A stretch of DNA of 60,457 nt, counting the filler, from Basidioascus undulatus (Eukaryota): assembly GCA_000826855.1 (NCBI GenBank). It is 9 parts of 9 records of this genome, joined end to end, with 100 filler letters (N's around TTAATTAATTAA, not from the genome) between each part and the next. Parts side by side here need not be neighbours in the genome. Positions count along the whole stretch, not along the records: positions 4,409 to 29,661 come from JTLS01000218.1; 8 more parts are not named here. One strand, given 5' to 3'. Shown here in pieces: positions 11,380 to 25,100 of the stretch (position 1 is its first letter; each line of letters starts with the position of its first letter). The translations under genes were made by a program, and so were the position numbers. Under the pieces are notes generated by a model. The model saw only the letters and a program-made list of their open reading frames with translations. It was not told the origin of the DNA and searched no databases.

Positions 11380-13787
11380 ATGGCGCCTCTCATTCCTCCG
11401 CTGTCGGTGCCTCCCGGCGACATGAGCGGTCAGCGTCGCGCGAACGCTCTTCTTAAGACGAAGGCGGGGCTGCGGCCCTGGTATGATATTACTGGGCAAC
11501 CGGTCCCGCCGTTCGTCATCGGCATAGCGGGTGGTACAGCTAGCGGAAAGACCTACGTCGCGAAGTAAGTACGCGGACTGGGCGTAGGAGCGAAAAGTAT
11601 CGCGAGGCTGAAGCCCTCGCTCTCGCCAGGCAGATTTCGAAGCAGCTCGAGGCCGTGCCGACGATTGCCATTTTGTCGCAAGACAGCTTCTATGGCGAGC
11701 GGACTCCCGAAGAAATTCAGCAGGGTGAGTTTTTGATATGGCTGAGATCTTGCAGCAGCACTGGGTACTGATCAATTTGTTAACAGCGTACGAGTCCAAC
11801 TACGACTTCGACTCTCCCGCGGCGCTTGATCTGGAGCTGTTTGCGGAGGTCTTGGCCGACCTCAAAGCGTGCCGAGCCGTGCAAATTCCGATCTACGACT
11901 TCAAAACGCACTCGCGCATCGATGAGAAGACGTATCTTTACGGGCCGCGAGTAATCGTTGTCGAGGGCATCTTGACCTTGTGTGCGTCCCGACTTTCCCA
12001 CTCTGCGTCCAGGCTTCAGCAGCTCAAGAACACGACTTTTACAGGTGATTCGGCCATGCGCGACCTCTTTGATCTCAAGATCTTTGTTCAAGCCGACCCG
12101 GACGTCATGCTCGCGCGACGCATTCAACGAGATGTCCGCGAACGGTGCGCTGCCAAATCGTGCTCTTGTGAGGCATTACAAAGCTGACTGTCTTAAAAGG
12201 GGGCGCGATATAGAAGGCGTAATCTCGCAATACCTTCGATTCGTCAAGCCCTCATATGTCTGTTTCTCGTGCAGCATCCCTTGCGCTCCCGACGGCTGAC
12301 CGTGCGACTGTGGCTGTGCAGGAAAACTTCGTTCTCCCGTCCTCTAAGCATGCCGACATAGTAGGTCTGCTTCGCTTGCATCAATTTTCAAGGTTTATGT
12401 TGACTCTCCTGTTTGACAGACGGTTCCGGGCGCGTCTAACGCGGTCGCGATCGACCTTATCGTACCTCGCTGCCCAACCATGTTCGCCCTCACCAACGTG
12501 CTTACATTCAGCGTACCCCGCCCTCTTCTTCTCACAGGTTACACACATCAAGACGCAACTGGAGACGCGCTCGAGGCGCCTGCGGCGAGAGCTCTCCCGC
12601 ATGCCGTCGATTGGTGCAGATCTTCCACCAAGCGTCACCATCATCCCTGAAACGCCCCGTCGCAAAGTGAGACTCTTGTCTGTCATCCAAAACTTGGCCG
12701 CAGCTAACGTGATGAGCATCGGCAGACACTCATGACCTCTCTGCGCGACCTTACGACTCCGCGACACGACTTCGTGGAGGCCGTCGATCGCCTGGCGGCG
12801 CAGATCTCGCAAGAGGTGTTCAATATCCTCCCGCATAAGGGGAGGAAGGTCGACACCGTTATGGCTGAGGATGTGCCAGGCCTGGAACTCGACGTCGAAG
12901 TGCGTCACCATTCGCGAAGGCTACTTGCGCTCCATAACTCACATCTTTCCTTTGCAGGACCTCTGCGGCGTGTCCGTCCTGCGGTCCGGGGCGCTCTTCG
13001 AGCGGGGCTTGCGCCGCATCTTCCCGGATGTCGCGCTCGGCTCGATGCTCATCCAATCTGACAACGTCACGGGCGAGCCTAGCCTTTATCACGTCCAGCT
13101 GCCCAAGTTCCTTAAGGACCGTCAGGCGAGCTCCAAAGCTTGGGTTCTTCTGTGCGACTCTCAAGTGCGTCCTTCGACTGGTGATCCTGGCGCCGGGCTG
13201 ACGAGCACGCGCAGATTGGTACCGGAGCGGCCGCGCTCATGGCCATCCGGGTGCTGCTTGACCAGTATGTGGACTTTAATTACGCGTGCCGTACCGCGCT
13301 ACTTGGGCTGACGGACCTTCCGCTGCAGTGGCGTCTCGCCCTGTCGCATTATCTTCCTTACCGTATGTCGTACTTGGCAACGAACGTCAGCCAGACGATT
13401 CATTAACCACCACATGTCTCTCTACAGTTCCTTGTCGCTCAACGCGGCGGTGTGCATGCCATCCACGCCGCCTTCCCCGAAGTCCGCATCATCAGCGCCG
13501 CAGCCGACCCGGGGCTGCGCGAAGTGGAGATACCGCTGCGGTCCCCGGCGCCGATTGGGTCCCGACGCTTCTCTACCTCGACCGATGAGGCTCCTCCGAC
13601 TCCAGTGAGCGCACGTCGCGAGTCGTCCAGTCTGGAGCGGGGTGACCGCAAGAAGGTGTGGGCCATCATGCCCGGCTTGGGCAACATCGGTCAGTCTAGT
13701 CCATATAAAACCCCTCTTCTCAACCGGAGCATGCAGGATGACCAGGCTTTGTATCTTGCAGGCGATCGCTACTACGGCACGGAGTAA
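11380..13787 (+). CDS. URK1: Uridine-cytidine kinase with C-terminal UPRTase-like domain
   Basis: FVIGIAGGTASGKT (P-loop), ILSQDSFY, YDFDSPAA, VIVVEGIL, LARRIQRDVRER|GRD, VSVLRSG, IGTGAAALMAIRVLLD and MPGLGNI|GDRYYGTE*. The splice junctions checked in the kinase half keep frame. Confidence 0.93.
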
Positions 13788-14115
13788 TGTTTAGGAAATT
13801 CGGATGTTCAGATGGCGTGAGCAGGGGGGGCAGCATGGACTCGGGCGGACGTTTCTTCATCTTTCGCATAGCATCGCAACCCTCATACCATCAATGCATA
13901 GCACACTATTCGCATGCCGTAATGCGTTTTCTTGTCTCCCAAAGTCTGGCAAAGAAACGCACATTGTTTGCAGTTTCAACGGAAAAGTTCTGGAAAGCTT
14001 CGCGCGTGACATGACGTACGGCGGACAGAGCGCGGAAGACGCGTCCTCGCCGCCTCCTTTGACTTGACCTTGCGCCGGAACAGTCCATTTCACCTCTACC
14101 ACTCCCATCGACTCC

Positions 14116-15084
14116 ATGGCCAACAAGGAGGACAAGCCGCACGACGCCGCTGAGGGGTCTGTCCCCTCCCCGGCCCCTATCGCGCCCCCAGCCAGCAAGA
14201 TCCGGTAAGAGCCTCTCCTTGACTGCCTGGCACCAGCAGGAGCTCACGGTGAACACGGGGGCGCTCTCACAGCACCGACTGGTACCAAAACGACAACGCG
14301 GTCATCATCAGCGTCTTCATCAAGAACTTGAAGGAGTCGGACGTCTCGGTCGACCTGCACCCGCGCTCCGTCCGTCCATATCCTGCTCCGTGGGCCGCAG
14401 CAGACAACTGACGCTCCATTTCGTTCTGACAGCTCGCCGTGTCGGTCAAGCTTCCAACGGGCTCGGACGCGGTGGTCGACTTTGACCCGCTCTCGCACGA
14501 GATCGACGTCGAGGGCAGCCAGTGGAAGGTCTGGAGCACCAAGGTCGAGTTCACGCTCAAGAAGAAGGACGTGGGGATCAAGTGGGGCAAGCTGGAGGGC
14601 GAGGAGGTCGTGCAGGCTCAGGCCGGTGAGTCACCCTATTGTTTTATCTTATATTGGAGCCGCTGGCATGCGGTAGCCCATGCGGGCAGCGAGGGGGTTT
14701 CGCCGCCGTCCCTCTCGGGAGTGTACCTTCTCCGAGCTCTCATGACTCTAAGCTGGCTCTGCTTAATCCCACCTCTCCTTCTCAGCTCCTTCCCATGCCT
14801 ACCCCTCGTCCAGCCGCCGCGCGCCGAAGAACTGGGACTCGCTCGCTTCGACGGCGCTGGAGGAGGCGACGAAGGACGAGGACCCGAAGCTCGGGAGCGG
14901 CGACCCGAACGAGTTCTTCAAGATGCTCTTCAAGGACGCGGACGACGATACCAAGAAGGCGATGATGAAGAGCTACCAGGAGAGCGGCGGCACGGCGCTT
15001 TCGACCAACTGGGCCGACGTCAAGAAGGGCAAGGTCGAGGTCAAGCCGCCCGAGGGGATGGAGCCCAAGCAGTGGGGTCGCTAG
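14116..15084 (+). CDS. SGT1: Sgt1 co-chaperone (CS + SGS domains, no TPR)
   Basis: DWYQNDNAVIISVFIK, STKVEFTLKK..W.KLE, AYPSSS..KNWD and FFKMLFKDADDDTKKAMMKSYQESGGTALSTNW..V..PPEGME. Confidence 0.93.
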
Positions 15085-15306
15085 GGCGCACGTGCATCCG
15101 TCGTCCATGGGTTGATGTGATCAGGGACGCTTGCGTTGTATGAAGAGTTCTGCTGTGATCCTCCCGTTTGCAAAAGCGAGTCGGGCGAGGCTCTTCCGGT
15201 CTCCCTCCTCGGCCCTAAACAGGAGAGATTATAGTACAGCGCAATGAGCCATTGACGCTTAATAATACAGGTTCGTCTCCTTCACGCCTCTCGTGCCGGA
15301 CATCCC

Positions 15307-16015
15307 TCAGTCCTCGTCCATATCCTCTCCACCCTCGCCCTCCACCTCGTCCAGCTCGATGCCCCGCTTTGCCTCGCCCGTCCCGTAAGTCTTCAGCCAG
15401 TCTTCATTCGCCCACACCGCCCTGTGCAAGTACAGCGAAAAGATGAGCCAGCGGACCGCAAGCTTGCGAGAGAAAGACGCACCTGTTGCCCTGCCCAACG
15501 ACCTGCGTTGCCTTCAGCGGCTTCGCTATGTTGCACTGTCGTTCGTAGGTGCTCGCGTCAGCGGAATGTGGCTCATTTTCAATGACTAATGGAATATGGG
15601 CACCTTAATTACCCGCCCTGCCAACACATTCAAGTGCATGTTGTCGATCGCGTCCGCTGCCTCCTCCGCCGTCTCAAACTCCACGAAGCCGAACCCTCGA
15701 TGCGGCGCCTCTGCATTACAAGGAAGATCCAGCAAGTCAGCTTTCCCACACTTCGAATTCAAAGCCGCCTGTCGTGACAGTCCGGTGAAAGACGCACTCT
15801 TCTCCGGATGAGGCGGGATCTGCACGTCCGTAATGTTACCTGTCCCAGCCGACGCCTCGCGGTCAGTGCCACCCGCCAGCGGAGCAGCATGCAGCCCTAT
15901 TCAAATTACCAAATGTCAAGAACGTCGCATGCAGGTACGTCGCATCGACCTGTTCTGCCAGGCCAGCGACGTAGACCGTCTTCCTGGACTTGGCCTTTGC
16001 GGCTTGCGTGGTCAT
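15307..16015 (-). CDS. RRM protein similar to the N-terminus of cyclophilin E (PPIE/Cyp33), RRM only
   Basis: [69 protein letters not shown] and [10 protein letters not shown]. Confidence 0.85.
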
Positions 16016-16643
16016 CGGGCGAGTGGGTACGTCGGAGAAGTCGCGGAATATGGGCGTGCGCTCGAACACGCGTTGAGGAAATGGGTTGAAGAAATAAAAG
16101 AGGGAGCCTATAAGTGATCAGGACAGATGAGGGACGCGAGCAAGACGCGAGTGATGAGGAACGCGGCGAGCATGGCTGACCTTTGCGCAGCCCTTATGCC
16201 GAAGGCGGGTTTTATGGGATATGCAGAAGCGGCAAACTTGTCCTGAGATAGTCATACAGCTTGTTCACTATGCCGTACTGCACTACACAATTTCATAAAT
16301 AAGGTTTGTTACAACTCCTACTTCCGTAATAGACCAGTGCGAAGATTTTTCTGCAAGACCGGCTGCGGGGTGTATCGTCGGCATTCGCAGCCTGCCAAGC
16401 AGCCTCGCACTACGACGCCTCGCCTGGGTCGGGTCGTCTCAATGCATGCATGAGCGAAACTTACAAATGAATGGCTCACGAGAAAAATATGATTCAAAAA
16501 GGAATACAGTCTTGATGAAAAGCGTTGGCTTAGAGGGAACGCACGCTGGTTCTCGATGAACACGACGCTCCACCACCTCCCTTTCGTGTTTCACAGTCCA
16601 GCCTAGCATGCGAATCACAAAGCTCCGAAAAGATCGCATCATA

Positions 16644-19600
16644 TCATTCGGTCTTCGCGACCCCGCCCTCCGCCTTGACGCCCTCCGGTTTCTCCTCCGC
16701 AACGTCCTCCGGCAGCGTCTCGATCCGCTCGACGACCGCGTCCACCCTCGCCTCCCTCGCGCCCTTCGGCTCCGAGTCGAGCGGCGGCGCGGCTGACCCG
16801 CTAGAGGACACCGCGGTCGCGAGGGGCGTGATGGTCGTGAGAGCGAGATCGACGACGGTTTCCACGCGCTTGCGGAGCGGCTCGTAGTCGGATCGAACAT
16901 TCTGGGAAAGGTGAAGGGTGTCGAACGGGCGTGTCAGAATCGGCACAATAAGTTGTACGAGAAATGATGTCAGCTCGACTTACTAGTGACTCAAGGTCAA
17001 TTGTCACCTCGTGCTCGTCCACCTTGACCTTCAGAACAGGCACGACCACGACCTCTCCCTTCGGGCTCTCGGCCTTCCCCTCCTCCTCGCCCTCTCCCAT
17101 ACCTTCAGCCTTCACTTCACTCTCACCCTCCTTGCCTTCACCCTCGCTCTCGCCCTCCGCCGCGCCCTCACCCACGCCCTCCGCCCCGCCGTCGCCCTCT
17201 TTGGGAGGCGGCTCGAGCGCCTCCTCCGCCTCCTGGACGTTCCCAAAGTGCGCGTCCAAGAAGGCGACGAGGCGCTCGATCCGCGCCGCGCGCGTGGCCA
17301 TGTGTGCAAGCGCGGCGGCCTTGGCGTCGACGAACGACGTGGGGGGGACCTCGGCGTGCGGGTGCGAGTGCGAATTCGGGTGCGAATGCGGGGAGGAACC
17401 GTCGACGTGGTCGTGATTGCAGGGCGTACTAGTGACTGTTAATGAAGATAGCGAGAAGGAAGAGAAGAAGAGGTTTGATGTCAGTGAGAGTCGCGCTGAA
17501 CGAACGGAGCGAGACGCACGCTTGACCGATGCGGGGCTCGTCTCGATGCCGAGAATGAGCGCGAGCGCCGAGTCCGCGATCATGTCGTTCGTGGAGCTCG
17601 ACACCCACTCGAGCGTGACCTCCGTCTTGTCCGTCTGCTTCACGTCGATAGTGCCCATAATCTATTCTCGTCTCCTAATCAGCGACCGTTCGTTCGTACA
17701 CCTGCCTCGCAACACAAGATCGAAACGAGGCACGCACCCGCATAGTCGGCGTTCCCTCCTTGTCGAAACCCTCCTGCACGGTGCCGTACATGCCCTCGAG
17801 GTGCCAGCGGACGAGTTCCCAGCTGACGTTGAGCGCGACTCGCTGCTGCTGGACGATCGTGCTCGTCGCGAGGCCGGTGAAGTCGCGGAGGTCGGCGGGG
17901 TCGAGGAGCGTGTACGTGAAGTCCTTGTTGACGAGCAGACCCGAGAGCGTCTGTCCTGCCGCGGGCGGCTGGGCCGCGAGCTTGCCGATCGCCTGGAGAC
18001 CGAGAGGAATCAGCGAGAGGGACTCAGCAGGAGTAAGAGTGCAGGGAAGATGGAATAGAACGCACCTTCGCAGTCATCTCCGGCTTGAACTCTAGCCGCA
18101 GCGGCTCGGTATTGCGCGGCATATGAATCTTGACGTCGACGCCGCGCTCTGAGTACCGGCTGCGGAGCGCAGCGCAGAGGCGGGACATGTTGATCTGCGC
18201 GCCGTGCACGAGGACCTGAATGAGTCGTGGGGGGCGTCAGTGAAGTGGGGGACCGGTCAGGAGCGGGGACCGGACGGGTCAGGAGAGGGGACCGGAAGAC
18301 GGACAATGTGCTGCGGCTTGACCTCGTCGATAAACTGCGCGTTCTGGGTAAAGTCGACGTGCGCCGAGAAGGAGATGTAGTCGACCGAGAGCCGGCGCGG
18401 GATCTTCTGCCCGTTCAAGCCCGTGATCTCGTCCGGCTCATTGACGATGCTCTGCGTGAAAGAGCGTGCGTCAAAGAAGACGGTTGATGATGAAGGAAAG
18501 AAGTAGGAACTCACATGCGCCATCGTCCCCTCCACAGAGTACCCGCAGATGACGAGCCCGTTCTTGGGGTCGGGCGCCCAGCGCTCGAGGAGCTCCCTGC
18601 TCGCGCCGCTCTGGAGCATGCCCGGGCTGGCGAGCATGACGCACGGCCCCTTGTCCTGGAACTTCTTGATGTCACCGAGCTCGGAGATGAACCGGAACTG
18701 GAACGGGTTCTCGCCCGCGTCAAAGCGGCGGTTGATGCTCGCGTTCATCGTGCGGATATACGCCTGGTAGACGGCCATGCACTTGCGCGCGAGCGACGAC
18801 GCGTAGTAGATCGGCACTGTGTGCAGGTCCGGGTTCTTCGCCCAGTACTCGTCCAAGATCAGGAGCAGCTCTTGCGCCCGCCCGAGCGCGAAGGCCGGCA
18901 TCAGCACGCGCCCGCCCCGGCGGATTATGCTGTGCACGAGCTCTGCGCCCACCGATGGAGGTCAGTATTGCATGCATGAGGATGACGAAGGAAAAACAGC
19001 GCACCAGTAAAGCGCTTCTCCTTGTCCAAGCGGTTTTCGAGCGTCTGCACGCCGTACGTGCTCTCGACGATGAGCACGTCCGTCTGCTCCTTGGGCACCT
19101 CCGCCGCGTGCAGGTGTCGGTCCTCCTCGCGGCTGTAGTCGCCCGTGTAGAGGATGCGCAGCCCTGCGATCTCGATGAGGAACATCGCCGCGCCGAGGAC
19201 GTGGCCCGCCGGGTACGGCGTGAAGCGCACGCCCGCGCACGGCACCGTCTCCTGGTTGAAGTCAGACACGTTGATCGACCGCCACGAGGCGATCATCTCC
19301 GCCTCCGTGAAGAGCTGGTCCTCCGTTGAAGTGTTCCTGCGCAGCGCAACGCACATGAGCGTGCGGAAGAAGGACCGCCAATAGAGAAGACGTACGAGAT
19401 GCGGACGAAGTCTTGCATCATGAAGCGGTAGACGGCCTTCGTCGGGGACGTCATGTACACTTTTCCCTTGCCGTCCTTGAAGTTCGTCTGGCAAAGAGAA
19501 GAGGCGTGAGCTCCTCTATTACAGAGACTACCGCGTACGCTTGCCGACCTTCTCCATGATGTATGTGAGCGCGGCAGCATGGTCGAGGTGAAAGCTACAG

Positions 19601-19999
19601 TCGGAAGAGCAGTGTGAGCCACTGGATGTGCTTGCTATTGCTAGCAGAGAAGGGTATGCACTGAGTGATCAGAAGAGCGTCCACCTCGCTCCAATCCACC
19701 TCATCGATGAACGGCAGCGCCGCGAGACCGGTGTACGCAGGATGGACACCCGCATCGCACACGATCTTTTTGCCCTTGTACTCGATCAGGCAGCAGCTGC
19801 GCCCGACCTCCTGACCTGCACCGAGGAGCGTCTGTGGGTGCGAGACAGATGAGGCGATTGCAAAGGTAGGCTATGGGGGAAGGTGAGGCGGACGCACTAT
19901 CTGGAGCTCGCTGTCGCCGATGACGGCCGAGATGGGCGGCGGTGGAGCGTGCGGAGATATGAGCACATCGAACTCGGGAGGAGCGGATCGTTTGGACAT
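16644..19999 (-). CDS. YSH1: pre-mRNA 3'-end processing endonuclease CPSF73 (MBL/beta-CASP)
   Basis: [17 protein letters not shown] (MBL motif), [56 protein letters not shown] and [15 protein letters not shown]. Confidence 0.96.
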
Positions 20000-20534
20000 G
20001 ATGGAAGCCGTAGGGACTGAGAAGGGGAAGGCGACGTGCCGGGTCGTCAGTCTCGAGTACGGACGTCGTGCGGTGGCGTGGTGTTTGCAGGTCAAGGTCC
20101 TCCAGCCAGAAAGCTAGCTGCAGATAACATGTGCAGCATGTACAAAGTGCCTTGCAACCGTCTATACAGAGAAGGCAGGTTGGCTTGCCCCGGCAGACTT
20201 GAGACTCACGCTGAGAGCAGGTGGTGGAAGCCCCGGAGGGTAAAAGCAATGTATGATCGTCCTAGTCCTCCTCAACTGCCAGTTCTGGTCCAGTACACCC
20301 TAGTCGGTATCGCCAGATTCCGAAACAGTGCCGTAGAGTGGAGAAAAGAGGTGGAGATGATGAAGGTGAGATGACTAGGGTCGAATAGTCGCGGCGGCGT
20401 GGAATAGCCTTGGACTTCTCCGACAGCGAAATCGGGCTGGACCGATAGCAGAAGCCTGAGCCAGGAAGCCGCTCCTTGCCGCCTGCCGTTTCCCAGTCTT
20501 CCCTTATCCCCTGCGTCTTCTCTTTGCAGCGACA

Positions 20535-22130
20535 ATGTCATTATTCAACCCACCGCTGCGGCGCTCAGCGCGCCTGCAATGCCCCATCCCGCGTGTCCTC
20601 CCCCGCACCGCACTCCGCTCTCTCTCAACACCCGCGCACCCCCCGCTCCCGACCGAAGACACCCTCCGCTCAAAGTACCCCTTCACCGGCAGCCGCATCC
20701 GCGAGCGCTCGACAGTCACCAATCTCAACACTGCGCGCAAGATCGTCCGCGCCATGGGCATTGATAAGCTCGGAGGGAAGGGGAACGGTCCCGTGACGGT
20801 GGTGGAAGCGTGGCCGGGTGCGTCTTTCTTTCCGCTTCGGCAACTGTTGCGCGGAAGGGAGCTGAAAATGCGCTTGAGCAATTATCAGGATTTGGGACAT
20901 TAACAAGGGCGGTGCTGGAACTGCCGAATGTAGATAAGGTCATCGCTTTCGAGAGCGACAAGTCCCTCGCACCGTGGATCGAGGTGCGCCGCTGTCCCTG
21001 TCCATCCAGTCTCTTGCAGACCCTCCTGAACCTCTCTTCCTTTGCCCAGCAACTGGCGGCGTCCGATCCCAAACTTTCCCATGTCCAAAAAGACCCCTAC
21101 GACTGGGACTCGTACACCTCCGAACTCGACAGCGGCGCGCTATCCGCCATCCCCTCTGCGCCCTGGGAGCAGTGTGCGTCTGCCTTCCTCTCTGCCTCAC
21201 TCCGTGTCCGAGCCAGGGGTACTGAATGCGAGTTCAATGTGGACAGCCCACGACAGCCTTTTCTACCTCGCCCAGGTGCCCGTCGGCGTCCTCGGCGAGC
21301 AGATCACCGCCCAATTCATCAATTGCATGTGCGACCACTCTTGGCTCTTCACGCGCGGGCGGGCCAACCTCGGTCTTGTCATGTCTGAAGTCGCTTACAA
21401 CGTTCGTCCCCCACTACCTTCCTCCTCTCCCCGCTCCTTCCCTCCCCACACGCTCACCCTCCCACAGCGCCTCGCTGCCCCCGCCGGCAACCGGGGCAAG
21501 ATCGCGGTGATGGTGGAGGCGCTCGCGACGGCGCGCGAAGCCGTCCCGGGCGAGTGGCTTTCGCCTGTCGGCGAGCACCTCTGGCCGCGCGAGGGCCCGC
21601 GGACCAAGGCCGGCCAGGCGCGCCTCAAGGACTGGGTCGGCGTCGTGCTCGAGCCCCACGTCAGCGGGAGCATCTCGCCCGACCTCCTTGAGATGTGGGA
21701 GTTTGTGCTCCGCGGGCTCTTTGTCACAAGGAAGCACTCGCTCAAGAAGTCGCTCAAGTGCGTGTGCTCCCTCTCCTGTCCCCCCGCACGTCCCGCTTTG
21801 GCTGACAAGCGTCGCTGACGAAACGACAGACACCTCGCACCCAACGCCGACATCCTCGCGGGCCCCATAGCCGCGCGCGGGGTGGACCTCAACTTGACCG
21901 TGGACAAGCTCAGCGTGCAAGACTTCGAGATCATCGTCGACGAGTTCAACAAGTGGCCGTTCAAGCCTGATGTGCGTGTCGCCGCTCCCTCGTCCCATCA
22001 TCCCTCGCCTTCTTGCTTTCGTCCTTAAAACTGTGGGAATTCATTTTTGGGTGTCTGATACGGGAGCGTGATGCAGGTCTTGTTCAGGGACACGCCGAGG
22101 GAGAACCGCCATGGGAACAAGAACAAATGA
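20535..22130 (+). CDS. MTF1: Mitochondrial transcription factor Mtf1 (KsgA/rRNA dimethylase fold)
   Basis: Arg-rich presequence, VVEAWPG|FGTLTRAVLEL, DPYDWDSY, SWLFTRGR, WEFVLRGLFV and FNKWPFKP. Divergent from YSH1. Confidence 0.85.
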
Positions 22131-25100
22131 GCGCTTGGACGCTGTTTGTGCTCATACACACAAACTACACACACTCACTCTGACTGGTCCTTTCGAGCGC
22201 GTGGCCTGGTTGGGAAAGCTTACCATCTTGATCGCGCACATGACTTCTCTTGCATACCGCACAATTCCGTACTTCTTTCGCATGAACGTATGGAACACTC
22301 GAGCCGCCACGCGATGTTCACACGACACAAACCGACATGCTGGTTTCGATCATTGCACCCCTTTGACCCTGTTCGATCGATCGCGCAGCAGCTACGCTAA
22401 GAGCGGCTGCCCGTCCTTTCGACCGCTCATCCACCTTCCGCCCCGTCACGCCTCTGCGCTGCCGGCAAGCTTCTTATGGATGAGTCAGCCGGGATGTGGG
22501 ATCGCTGTTTATTTTTTCTGTGCCTTGTTGGGCTTGTTCGGGACCGAGAAAGACATTTTGCCGTTCCTTTCGCGGAGGAAGGAAGCACAGGTCGGGGGAG
22601 GCCAGCGTTGACTCTTCAGTCCGAATAGAGGTGTTACCGGCCGTCGAGTTGACATAATGACCTGTGACTGGAATTCGAGTGAGAGAAGCGCAAACTAAAC
22701 GGCCCATGAACGAGCGCTGATGGAAGCAGCGAGTGCCGGATTACACTTGGTTAACTGTGCGACCGGAGACGCCTGGCTACTGGAGTGGCCTGATTTCCTT
22801 TTTCTTGCCATCACTGTTCCTTCTCCCAGCCCCAATAAACTTACTTCAGATGCTTTGTAATTTTTTACGCGTAATCTGCGTAGTCTGTTTACGTTCTGTG
22901 GCGGAACGGGCAACAGTACTGGGTTCTGGCGAAGACGGTCTCACGAACAAAAAGGCTGGACGCATTCCCAAAGCCATCGTGTTCTTTCACTTTGGTCTTC
23001 TGGATACTGAACAATGCATGCTCAGGAGCAAGCAGAGACGTTATGCGCTTCAGCGAATGCAACACTGAAATGGGCGACACTGGCAGGTGGGAAGACGGCG
23101 TTGACCTCGCGCAATGGCCAATTCCACACGTGAAGATCCGTACGCATACTGCCCAGAAAAATACGTGTCTAGCCACTGCATGAGATCCTACACTTTGTAC
23201 AGTGGCCCGCCCCAAGTCCTACCTCGGCCCTGAATTTCACGTCGCATGCTTCATCGCCCACGCCGATGGCTTCCCAAAGCAGGTAGCGAGGCAGCAAAAT
23301 GGGGAAGGACGTGCTACGGACCGCAGTGTGCTTTCCTTCAGCATCTCACGATCCGTTCACAAACGAGCCGACCTCTTGCCCGGAGCAGCCAAAGTTGGTC
23401 ACCACTTCGAGCTCCCCCTGGCGTGGGCCCGGACGGGCCGCGAGTACTTCGAGACCCGAGTGGGAGGGGACGAAACGCTTTAGTGCTATAGTAAGACCTG
23501 CAGGGTTTCGGTAATGCCCCGAGGGAGGGTAAGGGGCTTGTACTCGAAGTCGGAGTGGAGGCGGACGATGCGCTGCCAGGGCGAAGGGGCAGACGTAAGA
23601 AAGCCCCAGTAGCCTCCGTCGCGGCGAAGAAGCATGGGATGGAAAGTGGAAGTCAGAAACGCACGGTGATCGGTGCAGGAGACCGGTACAGGCCCTCGTC
23701 TGTCTCAAGCACAGGGACCTCCCACTTGGAGTCCTCCTCCACGAGGCCCTTCCATTCTTCCGCCGTCACCCGTTTCCACCATTCGCTCACTATCGCAGGT
23801 ACCTCCGCAGAGCCACAAAGGGAGTTGATTATGAGGGCAATCTCCCCTTTCGACTGGCCGGGCTGCGTCTCCCATATTATCAGCCCCGAGCGGAACGACT
23901 TTTGAGATTGAGTCTCCCGGGAGGCGCCCGAGATGGTTGGTGAGATCCTCCGGCAGGGCCAGGGCCTTCCCGAGCTGCTTGAGACGAGGCGCACGGTGCG
24001 CTGGACAAACTCACGAGGGAGTAAGATTTTGAAAAGGTCGAAAGAGCATTGCGACTAGTGTTTCACTACTTGCGTCAGCGCATGTGCCCTCAAGACTTGG
24101 CTGGTGTGGACGGCCTCGATAGTAAGGGTGGGCAAGTTGTGGTGTACTCCCTTTCTCATTGATAGGTATTCGGGTCGAGTGGCCATGGCAGACGGAAGCG
24201 GTTGAGCGCGAGGCGGGAAGGGAAAAGCAGCAAGTCGCAAGGTGAAGCGGAAACATATTGTCTGCGACGTACAACACAATTATTGGAAAGTTATTGGCAT
24301 ACGCCGCAGGACTCCCATAGAAATCTCACATCGAAGAGCTTACACGTTTGCTTGTCATCGCTCTTTCACCGGCTTCGGCGGGCAAGGCGCGTCTCAGATC
24401 CAACAGAGGGGCCAATCTGCAAAATTGTATGGGACAGACGTCATTCCCGAGAAGGGTTGTGAAGGTCTGACCAGGAATAGATTGTGGGTTGAGAGAGCGT
24501 TGGGGGGGTGAGAGGAAGAGCCGGTGGGAGTTCACCAGAGCTGGACAGGAGAGCGGTTAAGAGGATTCTAGTGAGTAGACATGGAAGCACCGAACACAGT
24601 GGAGCATGAACCACAGAGATGTTGAACCGACTGGCCCGCGCAGTTCTGAAAAGGGATGCAAATCAAATCTAAATCAACGTACAGCCAGAGCGTAAAGAGT
24701 TCATAAGCGACAGGCGAGGCCTATGCGAGGCGGCTTTCACGATCGCACGCGACACGCAGGCTGCCCGCCCATCCTCAGACGACGCTTGGTCCTGCAACCC
24801 GCTGCAGTGACCAGTAAATTTCCCAGAATAACCAGTGTTTCATTATTTCTTTTAGGCAAGGCGCCTATGGTAAGTGATGCACACGGTGCCAACGTGGCGC
24901 TGCGACTGCCCTCCCGCCAAATGAGATGCCTGTCGCTTCACCGTCTGTGCCGTAACATAGACAAACAGTTCGCAATCCTTCGGACTGTCAAATACTGGGA
25001 TTTCATTGACCAAGCACTGCATGCGTCTTTCGAACCTCCGGAGTGAGAGTTGCGAAGGCCGGTGAATCCGGTAATCGAACATATCGACGAAGGCCAGTCC

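Noticed and set aside
14116..15084. Sgt1 without a TPR domain
   Set aside because: Short CS-SGS forms are known in several eukaryote lineages; the gene looks complete.
15307..16015. Cyclophilin E-like RRM without a PPIase domain
   Set aside because: RRM-only homologues are common in fungi; not a truncation.
16150..16182. TGATGA..CTGA resembling a C/D box snoRNA
   Set aside because: The boxes are only about 30 nt apart with no recognisable guide; too short.
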